A DNA stretch of 64,000 nt from Thermodesulfovibrionales bacterium (lineage in GTDB: Bacteria > Nitrospirota > Thermodesulfovibrionia > Thermodesulfovibrionales > SM23-35): positions 1 to 64,000 of the forward strand of contig CAVQRT010000006.1 of the NCBI GenBank assembly GCA_963715195.1, read 5' to 3'. Numbering within the stretch: the first letter of the stretch is position 1; the number at the start of each line of letters is the position of its first letter. The translations under genes were made by a program, and so were the position numbers. Of this stretch, positions 27,643 to 39,282 are shown in pieces. The notes under the pieces are model-generated. The model searched no databases. It was not told the origin of the DNA and saw only the letters and a list, made by a program, of their open reading frames with translations.

Positions 27643-27885
27643 TCAAAGCTCTTCCCTTATCAATTCCTTAACTCTTTCTACAGTCGGTAAAGGTTTTCCT
27701 TTATGCTTCAGTTTTCCGTTCAGCATAAGACCTGGAGTTGACATCGTATACTTCATAATCTGAATCATGTCTGTAACCTTGTCTATCTTTGCATCAATAC
27801 CGAGCTCAATAACAGCAGTTTTAACCATCTCCTCCAGCTTATGACAATTCGGACAACCAGGTCCCAGCACCTTAATTTCCATCAC
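27643..27885 (-). CDS. Small thioredoxin-like redox-active disulfide protein (MTH895 type)
   Basis: IKVLGPGCPNC...STPGLMLNG. Confidence 0.9.
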   Translation of the reverse strand: MMEIKVLGPGCPNCHKLEEMVKTAVIELGIDAKIDKVTDMIQIMKYTMSTPGLMLNGKLKHKGKPLPTVERVKELIREEL

Positions 27886-27944
27886 GACAACCTCCTTGGT
27901 TCAATAGTCTTAGGTCATGCATAAAATCTTCTTGTTGTTAATCT

Positions 27945-28020
27945 GTCATTCCGGCTTGGCCGGAATCTTTCTGAAAGTCTATCAGAAGGATTCCCGATGC
28001 TCTTCACTTGCCGGAATGAC
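27945..28020. repeat. RPE/REP-like palindromic element, copy 1
   Basis: GTCATTCCGGCTTGGCCGGAATC...GATTCCCG...CGGAATGAC. Confidence 0.8.
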
Positions 28021-28186
28021 GATCCTGGTAGTATCATTTAGACTATTTTGAAAGACTCAAAAATTGTTAAAAAGCCTTGACAAAGGGTTATTTAAAATAG
28101 AAATATATGTATGCAAAAATAATCTAAACTTGAATTTGATTTAGCAACCATATCTAATATATAAAAATATATTTATATAAGTCAAC

Positions 28187-28495
28187 ATGAAAATCGATTG
28201 TTACTTGTCGAAAGGGTGTGCATCGGAGGATACTCTGCGGGAGAATATCAGTCAGGCTCTTGACCGGGAGTCCATGAATGCAGTAGTGAAATGTTACAGA
28301 ATAACAGACAAAGAGGCAGAAGCGCTTGGACTGAAAGGCTCCCCGGCAGTCTTAATAAATGGAAGAGAGATCCAACCGTTGAATATCCAAGGATTTTCAT
28401 GAAGAATGTTTATTGATGAGTCCGGGGGGCTCTTGCCAGTTCCTTCCATTGAAACTGTAAGGCTTTCTATCCGGGAAGCGGCAGTAAAGGCTTAA
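28187..28495 (+). CDS. Thioredoxin-like protein, probable selenoprotein (TGA at 28400-28402 read as Sec; 102 aa)
   Basis: KGCAS...GLKGSPAVLINGREI...GFS-TGA-RMFIDESGGLLPVPSIETVRLSIREAAVKA-TAA; resembles the GSP..I.G...SCR(L/T)Y thioredoxin family; hairpin at 28418-28432. Confidence 0.75.
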
Positions 28496-28526
28496 TTCAA
28501 TCTCCTAGTATATAATATCACCGAAG

Positions 28527-29264
28527 ATGGAAGATATCATCAATATAAAAACCCCTGTATTTGAAGGGCCGTTTGATCTCCTCCTGCACCTGATCAGGGA
28601 AAACAAAATAGACATTTATGACATACCGATATCCCTGATTACCGGACAGTATCTCGCATATCTCGAAATCATGAAAGAACTGAACCTTGAGATAGCAGGT
28701 GATTTTCTCGTCATGGCTGCCACCCTGATCCAGATCAAATCCCGGATGCTTCTCCCTCCTGATGAAGAAACCTCTGCTGAGGAGCAGGAAGATCCCCGGC
28801 GTGAACTTGTTCAGCGGCTCCTTGAATACCAGAGATACAAAGGGGCCGCGGTGGACTTCAGGATGAAAGAGGAGGAGTGGCTGAAGGTGTTCAGCAGGGA
28901 ACCGCTGTCTGATGAAGATGAGGGTGAACTGTATCTCTTTGACCTCGGCCTTTTTGATCTCCTCGATGCATTCAAAAAGATCCTCGACAAGGCGCCCCCT
29001 GAAATTGTGTCCATCACCAAAGAAACCATGACGGTCAAAGACCGTATGTCTACAATTATGGAGATTCTCGAGGAACACGAAGCGGTCAGATTTGAAGATC
29101 TTTTCAGGGAAGGGATAACGAGGATTTACCTGATTGTAACCTTTGTTGCGCTCCTGGAACTGATACGGCTTGGTTTAGTGAGAGCTTACCAAGAAAAGAA
29201 TTTCGGAAACATCTGGGTAATCAACCCGGCCAGGCAACCGTCAGGGCTTACCAATCATTCATAG
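28527..29264 (+). CDS. scpA: Segregation and condensation protein A
   Basis: FEGPFDLLLHLI..IDIYDIPI, AGDFLVMAATLIQIKSRMLLP, VTFVALLEL. Confidence 0.95.
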   Translation: MEDIINIKTPVFEGPFDLLLHLIRENKIDIYDIPISLITGQYLAYLEIMKELNLEIAGDFLVMAATLIQIKSRMLLPPDEETSAEEQEDPRRELVQRLLEYQRYKGAAVDFRMKEEEWLKVFSREPLSDEDEGELYLFDLGLFDLLDAFKKILDKAPPEIVSITKETMTVKDRMSTIMEILEEHEAVRFEDLFREGITRIYLIVTFVALLELIRLGLVRAYQEKNFGNIWVINPARQPSGLTNHS

Positions 29265-30365
29265 CATTTTCTCATAAATTTTATATGTTTTGTATAATCT
29301 TCCGCCGATCATCCCGATAAGCCTCTGGACAGGAATATTGTCCTCAAGTATCCAGGAGAATTCAACCCGCTGATATCCTCCCCGCTTGACTCCCTTGAAC
29401 CCCTCGCGGAACAGGAGAGCGTCTATGCCCTTATTCCTGTATTCGTATTTGATGCCGAGAAGAAGCAAACGCAGGTCTTTAATTTTCCTCGACCAAGCAA
29501 AGGCTTTCATGATAGTGATTGGGTTCAGTTTTCCCTGCATCTGTTTAAGGGCAACATTGAAATCGGGCAGCATCCCCAAAAATCCTACCGGCTCCCCGTT
29601 CTTTTCTGCAATCAGGGTGAGATCAGGTACGACGACAGATTTAAGGTTGTGTCCGAGATAGGCAATCTCCTCATCGGTTAAGGGGATGAATCCCCAGTTC
29701 CTGGCCCACGCGGAATTGTATACATCCCCGAAGATAAGCATATCACGCTCAAAATGCCTTTTGTGCAATGGTCTGACGGTCACCCCCGTCTTGGCCACAA
29801 GATCAGCTACCCGGTGAATTTTCTGCGGGAGCTCGTCCGGAATATCGAGGATATAGGCATAGAGATCCCTGGCCTTGCGGAGTCCGTACTTTTCCATCAG
29901 ATCAATATAGTAAGGGGGGTTGTACGGAGTCATGAGCAGCGGCGGGAATTGAAAACCTTCTGCGAGAAAACCGCACTCCTCATTGGTCGAAAAACTCATC
30001 GGGCCGCGCATGATTGCCATGCCTTCACTCTTCAGTTCCTGGGCAACTCTGTCGAGGAGGGCTGATGATATCGCATCCTCGTTGATAGATTCAAAGAAAC
30101 CGAAGAATCCGGCTTTTTCACGCTGAAATTCAATGTGTCGTCTGTTGATGATCGAAACGACTCTTCCCTGCAGTTTGCCTTGCTGTTTTGCAAGAAAGTA
30201 TCTGACCTGAGCATGCCGGAGAAAGGGATTTCGCCCGGAAAAGTGTTTCCGCATCTGGCGTATTAAAGGAGGAACAAAGCGGGTGTCATGCGAGTACAGT
30301 GTGAGGGGAAATCTGATAAAGTCATTGAGGTCCCTCTTCGATCTAACCTCAATGACTTCCGTCAT
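29259..30365 (-). CDS. GNAT-fold N-acyltransferase, bacterial ceramide synthase-like
   Basis: [43 protein letters not shown]; directly downstream of the Spt-like gene. Confidence 0.75.
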   Translation of the reverse strand: MTEVIEVRSKRDLNDFIRFPLTLYSHDTRFVPPLIRQMRKHFSGRNPFLRHAQVRYFLAKQQGKLQGRVVSIINRRHIEFQREKAGFFGFFESINEDAISSALLDRVAQELKSEGMAIMRGPMSFSTNEECGFLAEGFQFPPLLMTPYNPPYYIDLMEKYGLRKARDLYAYILDIPDELPQKIHRVADLVAKTGVTVRPLHKRHFERDMLIFGDVYNSAWARNWGFIPLTDEEIAYLGHNLKSVVVPDLTLIAEKNGEPVGFLGMLPDFNVALKQMQGKLNPITIMKAFAWSRKIKDLRLLLLGIKYEYRNKGIDALLFREGFKGVKRGGYQRVEFSWILEDNIPVQRLIGMIGGRLYKTYKIYEKML

Positions 30366-31561
30366 GCAATAAGGCCTAACTTCTTACCCACCTTCTCAAA
30401 TGCATGGAGCACGATATCGAGATGCTCGTCGGTGTGCGTTGCCATGTAACTGGTGCGGATAAGCGCCATGCCGGCAGGAACAGCCGGAGTCACAGCAACA
30501 TTTACGAATACGCCCTCCTCATGGAGCATCATACCCATCATGAAAGCCTTTTCATCATCGCCGACAATTACCGGAATAATTGGTGTCTGACTCAGTCCGG
30601 TATTGAATCCAAGAGACCTGAAACCATTCAGCATCTTCGCGGTATTTTTCCACAACTGCGCTCTTCTCTCCGGTTCGTTCTCTATGATATCAATCGCGGC
30701 ACTGACAGAGGCAACCGATGCTGGTGGCGGACTTGCACTGAATATGAGGGACCGTGCACTGTGTTTTATATAATGGATGACATCTGTCGAACCGGAGATA
30801 AAACCGCCGATTGATGCGAGTGATTTGCTGTAGGTTCCCATGATGAGGTCAACCTCGTGCTCAAGCCCGAAGTGTTCTGATGTGCCTCTTCCGCTTTTCC
30901 CCAGCACACCGATTCCGTGAGCGTCATCAACCATAAGCCGTACGCCATATTTTTTCGCTAGAATCACAATTTCAGGGATGGGAGCGATATCACCCTCCAT
31001 GCTGAAAACGCCGTCAACAACAAGCAGTTTGTCCCTATCTTCATTCTCGCTGAGGACTCTCTCAAGATCCGCCATGTCATTGTGCTTATACTTGCGTATT
31101 TCTCCGAAGGAGAGCCTGCATCCGTCGATAATGCTCGCGTGGTCCATCTTGTCGATGACGACCAGATCGTCTTTTCCCACAAGAGCGGAAATGGCGCCCA
31201 GATTGACCTGAAAACCGGTGGAGAAGATGAGGGCCGCTTCTTTCCGCATGAACCGGGCAAGTTTTTCCTCGAGCTGGACATGGATATCGAGGGTACCATT
31301 CAGGAACCGGGAACCGGCGCAGCCTGTGCCGTATTTTTTGATCGCCTCGATAGCAGCCTCTTTCACTTTTGGGTGATTGGTAAGGCCAAGATAATTGTTG
31401 GAACCTATCATGATCATTCTGCGGCTGTTCATGGTAATCTCCGGATCCTGTGCACTTTCGATTACCCTGAAATAGGGATACAGGCCGCTGGAAATAAGCA
31501 TCTTTGCTTTATCGAATTTGAGACACTTGCTGAAGATGTCTGCTGATTTTTTTACAGCCAT
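30362..31561 (-). CDS. Serine palmitoyltransferase-like alpha-oxoamine synthase
   Basis: [43 protein letters not shown] (Spt-type, unlike the GTLGKA of BioF/Kbl). Confidence 0.8.
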   Translation of the reverse strand: MAVKKSADIFSKCLKFDKAKMLISSGLYPYFRVIESAQDPEITMNSRRMIMIGSNNYLGLTNHPKVKEAAIEAIKKYGTGCAGSRFLNGTLDIHVQLEEKLARFMRKEAALIFSTGFQVNLGAISALVGKDDLVVIDKMDHASIIDGCRLSFGEIRKYKHNDMADLERVLSENEDRDKLLVVDGVFSMEGDIAPIPEIVILAKKYGVRLMVDDAHGIGVLGKSGRGTSEHFGLEHEVDLIMGTYSKSLASIGGFISGSTDVIHYIKHSARSLIFSASPPPASVASVSAAIDIIENEPERRAQLWKNTAKMLNGFRSLGFNTGLSQTPIIPVIVGDDEKAFMMGMMLHEEGVFVNVAVTPAVPAGMALIRTSYMATHTDEHLDIVLHAFEKVGKKLGLIA

Positions 31562-32514
31562 CTGTGTATCCTGTACCAGTCTGCTGTCCATCGAATCCCT
31601 TCTTTCATTCCAACCCTCGGTGAAAATCCCAGTTCTTGCCGTGCTTTGCCGGCATCACATATCCAGTGTGAATGCCTGAAGTCCTGCACCCTGTCCCTGT
31701 TGATAATTCCCTGTTTATTAAACTTTTCGCTTATTGCGGCAAAAAACGGCATAGTGAACTTTGGAACTTTCACAGGCCTCGCTTTCACCTGCAAAACGGA
31801 GGAGATTTGCATAGCTATTTCCTCACCGGTATACACATTACCATCACACAGAAAATAGATTTTCCCGGCGGCTTCCCTGGTCTCCGCAGATAATAGTATA
31901 CCCTGAACGAGGTCCTCAACATATAGCAAAGAATAATAACATTTTCCGAGATCAAAGAAGAAACCTTTTTTGATCATCTGAAACATCACCAGCATGTCCC
32001 TGTCCCGCGGTCCGTACACGGCAGGGGGTCTCAGGATAGTTACGGGGAGAATGTTTCTGTATTTCAATACAGCGTTTTCACCCTCGAGTTTGCTCTTGCC
32101 GTAGTTTGAAACAGGGGATGGTGATATGTCCTCGCGTACAGGAATGTTGTCCCTGCCCGGACCGGCTGCGGCAAGGCTGCTGAGATAGATGAACCGTTTC
32201 ACTGATGGGTTTCTCTCTGCAACTGTTTTTACGAGGTTTTCAGTGCCCCTGGCATTGACAGAGAAAAAGTCATCAGGAGAACAGGATTTTGTCAAACCGG
32301 CAAGATGAAAGACATAATCAAAATCATCGGGAACCTCGAGGAGAGATTCCCTGACCGTACAGTCGCCCTGAACGCATCTGATATTCAGGGTCTCGATCCA
32401 TGACTGCTTGGCAGTATTCCTCGAGAGGCAGGTGACATTGTATCCCCGCCGGATCAGCTCTTCACATAAGTGACTTCCGATGAATCCGGTTGCGCCTGTT
32501 ACAAGAGCCTTCAT
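31552..32514 (-). CDS. NAD-dependent epimerase/dehydratase (extended SDR), candidate ceramide/3-oxo reductase
   Basis: [23 protein letters not shown]; overlaps the Spt start. Confidence 0.8.
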   Translation of the reverse strand: MKALVTGATGFIGSHLCEELIRRGYNVTCLSRNTAKQSWIETLNIRCVQGDCTVRESLLEVPDDFDYVFHLAGLTKSCSPDDFFSVNARGTENLVKTVAERNPSVKRFIYLSSLAAAGPGRDNIPVREDISPSPVSNYGKSKLEGENAVLKYRNILPVTILRPPAVYGPRDRDMLVMFQMIKKGFFFDLGKCYYSLLYVEDLVQGILLSAETREAAGKIYFLCDGNVYTGEEIAMQISSVLQVKARPVKVPKFTMPFFAAISEKFNKQGIINRDRVQDFRHSHWICDAGKARQELGFSPRVGMKEGIRWTADWYRIHRWL

Positions 32515-32579
32515 ACCGCCGAACTCTTCCGCGTAATAAACAAAGACAGAGTTAAGTCACCATACTGTCAGCTCACCGG

Positions 32580-33422
32580 TCAATGGCTCATGGACTCGAG
32601 CCGGGCGATACGCTCCTCAATCGGGGGGTGCGTACTGAAGAGTTTGAGAAATCCACGGCCCGAGAATGGTTTGACAATGAACATATGGGACGTTGCAGGG
32701 TTTGCATGCATCGGTATTTGCTGGGATGCCATATGGAGCTTTCTCAGCGCACCTGAAAGGTATCGCGGGTTTCCGGCGATACCTGCGCCGACCGAATCAG
32801 CAGCATATTCCCGTGACCGTGAGATAGCCATCTGAATGATCATGGCAGCGATTGGTCCGACAATCATCATGATGAAGGCGGCAATCGGGCTTCCACCTTC
32901 ATCATCATCTCCCCGGTGACCGCCGAAAATCATCGCCCACTGTGCCATCTGCGCGAGATAACTGATTGCACCGGCGATTGTTGCGGCTATGGTGCTGATG
33001 AGAATGTCCCGGTTTTTAATATGCGCGAGCTCGTGACCGATAACACCCTGCAGCTCCTCCCGGGTCAATATCCGCAGAATCCCGGTTGTGACGGCAACTG
33101 CCGCATGTTTCGGATTCCTCCCGGTGGCAAATGCATTCGGCTGTTCCTGATTCATGACATACACTTTGGGCATCGGCAGCCCGGCTTTTTGGACAAGACT
33201 TCTGACGATAGTATATAGGTCCGGGGCTTCTGCTTCTGTTACCTGTTTTGCCCTGTACATTTTGAGGACGATCTTGTCACTGAACCAGTATGAGATTAAG
33301 TTCATTGCCAAAGCAATAATGAGCGCAATCGTCATGCCCTGTTTGCCGCCCAGCGCGCCGCCTGCCCAAACAAGCACGAGGGTTAATGTGACAAGCAAAA
33401 AAAGCGTTTTTATGTTATTCAT
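32580..33422 (-). CDS. htpX: Zinc metalloprotease HtpX
   Basis: [31 protein letters not shown]. Confidence 0.96.
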   Translation of the reverse strand: MNNIKTLFLLVTLTLVLVWAGGALGGKQGMTIALIIALAMNLISYWFSDKIVLKMYRAKQVTEAEAPDLYTIVRSLVQKAGLPMPKVYVMNQEQPNAFATGRNPKHAAVAVTTGILRILTREELQGVIGHELAHIKNRDILISTIAATIAGAISYLAQMAQWAMIFGGHRGDDDEGGSPIAAFIMMIVGPIAAMIIQMAISRSREYAADSVGAGIAGNPRYLSGALRKLHMASQQIPMHANPATSHMFIVKPFSGRGFLKLFSTHPPIEERIARLESMSH

Positions 33423-33489
33423 CCGGTATACCTCCTTCAGATAACCTTCATACGTATGCTATCTGAAAAAAAATGAAAGATGCAAGTGG

Positions 33490-34572
33490 CTATTGAGAAC
33501 CGTATGAATGAAGTCCGGAAAGCAGCAAGTTGACCCCGAGATAGGTAAATATGACAGCCGTGAAACCGACAACCGCGACGATTGCTACCTTTTTCCCCCT
33601 CCACCCCCGTATCATCCTGGCATGCAGATAGAATGCATAGATTAACCAGGTGATCAATGACCAGGTCTCCTTCGGATCCCAGCTCCAGTAAACGCCCCAT
33701 GCCTGGTCAGCCCAGATGGCGCCGAAGATCAGACCGCCGAGCGTGAATATCGGAAACCCCACCGCAATACTTTTGTACGTAACCTCATCGAGCATATCAG
33801 GGGTAACATTGAATTTCGTTAAGACGGTTCTCAGAAGATAGCCATATCGCCAGACGATGAGAAGACCTGCAGCACCCAGAATATAGCTCACGATCTTAAC
33901 CGCAGCAGACGGATGGAGAAATGAGGTCCTGAAGAGATAGTTATGAATAAATATTTCAGGTCTTACCCTGACATGGAAGGTCAGGAAATCGAGCCCCATA
34001 GACACCAGGAGTAAAGCGAAGAGTCCAAGCGTAACTGTCCAGAAGATATACGAAGGCTCTGTCCGTTTTTCTGTTCTGAGGATCAGGTACATGATTCCGG
34101 TGCTGAAAGAGAGTGAAAAAGCGGCATATGCTATGAAACTCATGGTGACATGGGCGAGAAGCCAGTTGCTCTTCAGGGCCGGGACGAGCGGCTGAATATC
34201 TTTTGAGACACCCGACAAATCGATAAATGCCAGTGCAAGCCCTGCAATAGGAGTGACAAATGCTCCAAAGGAGCGGTTCTTGAACCTGAACTCGATGATC
34301 AGATATCCCAGGATCAGACACCAAACAAAGAAAACCAGCGACTCATACAGGTTGGTCATCGGTGCGGAACGGAGGAACCCCATGCCGCTCAAATCCGCGA
34401 ACTCCTTCCATCGCAGGATGATGGCAAAGGTCTGCGAGACAAGTCCTGCAACGGTTATAGTGGTAGCCATGATGCCGATTTGGGATTTCCTGAATGCCAG
34501 GTAAGCGATATATGTCATCATGGCGGTAATATACGCCATGGTTGATAGTCCGAAAAAAAGGGAACTGTCCAT
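33490..34572 (-). CDS. ccsA: System II cytochrome c biogenesis protein CcsA/ResC
   Basis: PALKSNWLLAHV, GAIWADQAWGVYWSWDPKETW (WWD domain), GLHSY. Confidence 0.93.
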   Translation of the reverse strand: MDSSLFFGLSTMAYITAMMTYIAYLAFRKSQIGIMATTITVAGLVSQTFAIILRWKEFADLSGMGFLRSAPMTNLYESLVFFVWCLILGYLIIEFRFKNRSFGAFVTPIAGLALAFIDLSGVSKDIQPLVPALKSNWLLAHVTMSFIAYAAFSLSFSTGIMYLILRTEKRTEPSYIFWTVTLGLFALLLVSMGLDFLTFHVRVRPEIFIHNYLFRTSFLHPSAAVKIVSYILGAAGLLIVWRYGYLLRTVLTKFNVTPDMLDEVTYKSIAVGFPIFTLGGLIFGAIWADQAWGVYWSWDPKETWSLITWLIYAFYLHARMIRGWRGKKVAIVAVVGFTAVIFTYLGVNLLLSGLHSYGSQ

Positions 34573-36009
34573 CTATTTATCTCCTTCCTGCTGTTTTCCG
34601 AGGATCGAAACGATCTTGTCAACCCTGCGCTCCAAAGCAGACCTGTTCTTATTGGTCGTCGCCCCGATCATTACCCTTGTCGTATTTTTCTCCTCAACCA
34701 ATGTGACCCACAGCCTCGGGTGGCTCATGAAAAATGCGATGAACAGGCCGATACTCATTGCAATGCACCCGAAGTATACAATCCACACCCCGGGATCTTT
34801 TCTGACCTGAAGGCCGGTAAATTCGACTCCCCAATAGTCAAGAAACTCAACTCTGCTGCCATTGGGAAGCTGCCATGTTTCCGGATGTCTTTTCAGCAGC
34901 CAGCCGGAAAACGTATTTTTTCCGCTTTCGGAAAATTCTATAAGAACCGCAGGATTATTCATCTGGTTCGCATACGTGACGGCATGTCCATGCTCATCGA
35001 CCCTGAGCGCAGGACTGAAGTCGATAATTTTTGCGCTGATTCCGGTGCCCGGTATGTCAAACGAGTCGCCGAGCCTCGGATTGATTGTAGTGCTCTTCCC
35101 ATCCTTTGAGACTGTGTTGAATATAAAGATTCCCTGGTTGAGACTGCCGGGCACGATGCCGTAACTCGACTGGTAGAAGGTGATGCCCTCGTACGTGAGG
35201 GGATCATTAACCGTGATAGACTTTCTGAGAACCTCCCTGCCGTTTTTGAAAACAGTCAGCCAACTTCTGTATTCCTTCGGCATATCCGAATTGCCGTAAA
35301 AATCAACATGGAAAGTATCACAGCGTATTTCGAACCCAAACCGGATCTCCCTGCCATTGCCCGAAAAAGCGGCCGCTGAAACCGCCCCTTCGGGGAGATT
35401 CAGGTGTGCCTTGAATCCAAAACGGATTCCGATGAGGGCGCCAATTAGAATAAAGAGAATGCTGAAATGGGTAATAAAAACACCGAGCCTGCTGTATTTG
35501 CCCTGCTGGGCAAAGAATGAGTACCCTTGCTCTTCTTTTACCTCACCGGCATGGAACCCTGCCTTTCTGAGTGCAAACACAACGGAATCCTTGGCGGAAT
35601 CGGGTTTGCCTCTGATCGTGAATTCCTTTCCGACGGCGAATTTCCTGATTTTTTCCGCGGGAAGGGGGCCGATCGGTTCATGGATGAGCTTCCATATTCT
35701 CGGTAATCTGTCGATGGAACAGATGATAAGATTGACGGAAAACAGCACCAGGAAGCCGGTAAACCACCATGAATGATACATGTCCATGAACCCGAGTTTT
35801 TCAGAGATGGAAAAGAGTGTCGGCGCAAGAGATTCTCCGAATAGCCTGGTCAGGATCTGAAGATTATTTGCCGGGTCGCCTCTCTGTTCAAGAATGGTTC
35901 CGATGATGGAAGTAATTGCGATGAGGGCAAAAATGACAATGGCAAGTTTTACAGATGCCAGGAAGTCCCATATTTTGTCGGCTATTGTCTTCTTTTTTTC
36001 CTGTTCCAA
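34573..36009 (-). CDS. resB: System II cytochrome c biogenesis protein ResB/CcsB
   Basis: LASVKLAI, YHSWWF, NLIICS, ITHFSIL, VNDPL, FYQSSY, KDPG. Confidence 0.92.
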   Translation of the reverse strand: MEQEKKKTIADKIWDFLASVKLAIVIFALIAITSIIGTILEQRGDPANNLQILTRLFGESLAPTLFSISEKLGFMDMYHSWWFTGFLVLFSVNLIICSIDRLPRIWKLIHEPIGPLPAEKIRKFAVGKEFTIRGKPDSAKDSVVFALRKAGFHAGEVKEEQGYSFFAQQGKYSRLGVFITHFSILFILIGALIGIRFGFKAHLNLPEGAVSAAAFSGNGREIRFGFEIRCDTFHVDFYGNSDMPKEYRSWLTVFKNGREVLRKSITVNDPLTYEGITFYQSSYGIVPGSLNQGIFIFNTVSKDGKSTTINPRLGDSFDIPGTGISAKIIDFSPALRVDEHGHAVTYANQMNNPAVLIEFSESGKNTFSGWLLKRHPETWQLPNGSRVEFLDYWGVEFTGLQVRKDPGVWIVYFGCIAMSIGLFIAFFMSHPRLWVTLVEEKNTTRVMIGATTNKNRSALERRVDKIVSILGKQQEGDK

Positions 36010-36138
36010 GCGCAGAATCCTTTAAAGGCTTTAAAGATATTTATTTTAAAATTATTAATTAAATAAGACAAGGAGTTTTCGTCTTATTGCTACAGAAATG
36101 CTTATCGTGTTACAATGAGCGATATTTTAAGGGTATAT

Positions 36139-37599
36139 ATGCTTGATGATCATATCAAGATAGGATTAACCTTTGATGACGTTCTCCTGATGCCTTCCAA
36201 GTCGGAAGTCCTCCCGAAGGAAGTTGATGTCAGTACACATCTTACAAAGAATATCAGAATTAACATCCCGATCGTCAGTGCTGCTATGGATACTGTCAGC
36301 GAATCGGACCTCGCAATAGCGATCGCGCGTGAAGGTGGCATAGGTTTTATTCACAGGGCTATGAGTCCGGAAAGACAGAAAACCGAGGTTGATAAGGTCA
36401 AAAAATCTGAAAGCGGAATGATTGTGGATCCTATTACCATCCCTCCTGATGCCCCCATATCCGAGGCCCTGGCCTTAATGCAAAAATACAGGATATCCGG
36501 AGTACCGGTAACGCAAAAGGGAAAACTGATCGGAATCATCACAAACCGCGATCTGCGTTTTGAGACGCAGTTTTCCAAAAAAGTCTCTGCCGTGATGACG
36601 AAGGATAAACTCATTACTGCATCAGTGGGGACGGACCTTGATAAGGCACAGCGGATTCTGCATAAATACAAAATCGAAAAACTTCCAATTGTGGACAAAG
36701 ACAAAGTCCTGAAAGGGCTGATTACAATTAAGGATATTGAAAAGAGGAAGAAATATCCGAATGCCTGCAAGGACACGCTTGGGAGGCTCTGTGTGGGGGC
36801 TGCCATCGGCACCGGTGCGGATGCGCTCTCCAGGGCCGAAATGCTTATCAAGGCGGGAGTTGATGTTATTGTCATAGATACCGCACATGGACACACGAAT
36901 GCGGTGATCGAGACCCTGAAGGCGTTAAAGAGAAGATGTGATATCGATGTGATTGCCGGGAATATCGCAACTCCTGAAGCAGCTCTGGATCTTATCAAGG
37001 CAGGAGCAGACGGCATTAAGGTCGGTATCGGGCCTGGATCTATTTGTACTACCCGCATTGTTGCGGGCGCCGGGGTGCCTCAGATTACCGCCATCAAGAG
37101 CTGTTATGATGTCGCGAAGCGATTTTCCGTCCCGGTTATAGCAGACGGCGGTATAAAGTACTCCGGAGACATTACGAAAGCACTCGCAGTAGGCGCCTAT
37201 TCGGTAATGATCGGAAGTCTTTTTGCCGGAACGGATGAATCGCCCGGAGAAATTGTTCTCCTCCAGGGACGCAGCTATAAGGTTTACCGGGGTATGGGTT
37301 CCATCGGGGCAATGGAGCAGGGGGCGAAGGACAGGTATTTCCAGGCAGGAGTAACGTCATCGAAGCTGGTGCCCGAAGGAGTTGAAGGCAGAGTTCCCTA
37401 TAAGGGTCCGCTGTCCCATAGCATTCATCAATTGATTGGAGGGTTATGCTCGGGAATGGGCTACTGCGGATGCAGAGACCTCGATACCCTCAGGAAGAAG
37501 GCTCGCCTGATCAGAATTACCAGTGCCGGCCTGAGAGAAAGCCATGTGCATGATGTAATCATTACAAAGGAAGCTCCAAATTACCGGCCCGAATGGTAG
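36139..37599 (+). CDS. guaB: IMP dehydrogenase
   Basis: [28 protein letters not shown] subdomain. Confidence 0.98.
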   Translation: MLDDHIKIGLTFDDVLLMPSKSEVLPKEVDVSTHLTKNIRINIPIVSAAMDTVSESDLAIAIAREGGIGFIHRAMSPERQKTEVDKVKKSESGMIVDPITIPPDAPISEALALMQKYRISGVPVTQKGKLIGIITNRDLRFETQFSKKVSAVMTKDKLITASVGTDLDKAQRILHKYKIEKLPIVDKDKVLKGLITIKDIEKRKKYPNACKDTLGRLCVGAAIGTGADALSRAEMLIKAGVDVIVIDTAHGHTNAVIETLKALKRRCDIDVIAGNIATPEAALDLIKAGADGIKVGIGPGSICTTRIVAGAGVPQITAIKSCYDVAKRFSVPVIADGGIKYSGDITKALAVGAYSVMIGSLFAGTDESPGEIVLLQGRSYKVYRGMGSIGAMEQGAKDRYFQAGVTSSKLVPEGVEGRVPYKGPLSHSIHQLIGGLCSGMGYCGCRDLDTLRKKARLIRITSAGLRESHVHDVIITKEAPNYRPEW

Positions 37600-37671
37600 A
37601 ACAGTAGGTAGTAGGTAGTATACGGCAAAAAGCAGACATCACAAAGCCACTCAAGGACAGCTACAAAAATA

Positions 37672-39210
37672 ATGTACGAAAACAGAATCTTAGTTCTCGA
37701 TTTCGGCTCTCAATATACGCAACTCATCGCACGGCGTGTCAGAGAAAACAAGGTCTATTCAGAGATATACCCGTATAACGCTCCTGTCGAGCGGATTGTG
37801 AATTTCCGTCCCAGGGGAATTATTCTTTCCGGGGGGCCATCAAGCATCTATGACCAGGGTGCTCCAATTCCTGACCTTAAGGTTTTTGAGCTTTCTATCC
37901 CTGTTTTGAGCATTTGTTACGGCATGCAGCTCATGGCTCACTGCCTTGGCGGAAAGGTTGCCAAGGCTCAGAAAAGGGAGTATGGCCAGGCAGAGCTCGT
38001 CATCGACCACAGGGCAGACATTTTCGATGGTATCCCTAAAAAAACCATTGTCTGGATGAGTCATGGCGACCGGATTGAACGAAGCCCTGTCCTTTTTCAA
38101 CCAATTGCACATACCGTCAACTCCCCGATTGCCGCAATGGCGAACCGCCAGAGAAAATTGTACGCCCTGCAATTTCATCCCGAGGTTGTACATACCCCGC
38201 AGGGAAAGAAGATCATCAGAAATTTCGTGCTGAAGATTTGCGGCTGCAAGCCTGCCTGGACGATGGAGTCATTTATTGGGACGACGACGGATGAAATACG
38301 GCGGATGGTGGGAAAGAAAGAAGTCGTCTGCGGGGTCAGCGGGGGTGTGGATTCCACCGTTACTGCTGTGCTGGTGCATAAGGCGATAGGCAGGCAGCTT
38401 ACCTGTATTTTTGTCGACAACGGCGTTCTCAGGGCGGGAGAGGCGACAAAAGTGGAAGAGACACTGAGAAGGAACTTCCATATGAACATTGACTGCGTGG
38501 ATGCCTCAGAAAGATTCCTGAAAAAACTGAAGCATGTAACTGACCCCGAGAAGAAGAGAAAGATCATCGGAAACGAGTTCATTCGGGTGTTTGAAGAGGA
38601 GGCGAAAAAAATCAAAGGTGTCGAATTTCTCGCCCAGGGTACCCTGTACCCTGATGTCATCGAGAGCGTATCATTCAAAGGTCCGTCAGCAACCATAAAA
38701 AGCCATCATAACGTTGGCGGTCTCCTGAAGCGGATGAAACTGAAGCTCATCGAACCCCTGAGGGAACTGTTCAAAGATGAGGTTCGCGTGCTTGGAAAAG
38801 ACCTGCTTATCCCTGATGAAATCATCAACCGTCACCCTTTCCCCGGTCCCGGTCTTGCAATCCGGATTATCGGTGCAGTGACGAAGGAACGATGCGATGT
38901 CCTGAGAAAGGCCGATAGGATTGTTCTTGAGGAAATAAAAGGCGCAGGCCTTTATCCGAAATTGTGGCAGGCCTTCGGGGTGCTCCTTCCTGTAAAGAGT
39001 GTCGGGGTCATGGGTGATGAGAGGACGTATGAGAATGTCATTGCAGTAAGAGCCGTAAACAGCCTTGACGGCATGACTGCCGACTGGGCACGAATCCCCT
39101 TCGAGGTGATGGGGGGGATTTCGAACCGGATCATCAATGAGGTGAGAGGCGTGAACAGAGTGGTTTATGATATCAGCTCAAAGCCGCCGAGCACAATCGA
39201 ATGGGAATAA
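37672..39210 (+). CDS. guaA: GMP synthase (glutamine-hydrolysing)
   Basis: [35 protein letters not shown]. Confidence 0.98.
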   Translation: MYENRILVLDFGSQYTQLIARRVRENKVYSEIYPYNAPVERIVNFRPRGIILSGGPSSIYDQGAPIPDLKVFELSIPVLSICYGMQLMAHCLGGKVAKAQKREYGQAELVIDHRADIFDGIPKKTIVWMSHGDRIERSPVLFQPIAHTVNSPIAAMANRQRKLYALQFHPEVVHTPQGKKIIRNFVLKICGCKPAWTMESFIGTTTDEIRRMVGKKEVVCGVSGGVDSTVTAVLVHKAIGRQLTCIFVDNGVLRAGEATKVEETLRRNFHMNIDCVDASERFLKKLKHVTDPEKKRKIIGNEFIRVFEEEAKKIKGVEFLAQGTLYPDVIESVSFKGPSATIKSHHNVGGLLKRMKLKLIEPLRELFKDEVRVLGKDLLIPDEIINRHPFPGPGLAIRIIGAVTKERCDVLRKADRIVLEEIKGAGLYPKLWQAFGVLLPVKSVGVMGDERTYENVIAVRAVNSLDGMTADWARIPFEVMGGISNRIINEVRGVNRVVYDISSKPPSTIEWE

Positions 39211-39282
39211 TAACAATAGGTAGTAGGCTGTGGATAGGAGGCAGGATCCTGAATAATATCTGTAGAATCTAAGACTTTGAAA

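Noticed and set aside
30362..31561. bioF or kbl assignment
   Set aside because: The PLP-lysine motif and neighbours fit serine palmitoyltransferase better; no bio or tdh genes nearby
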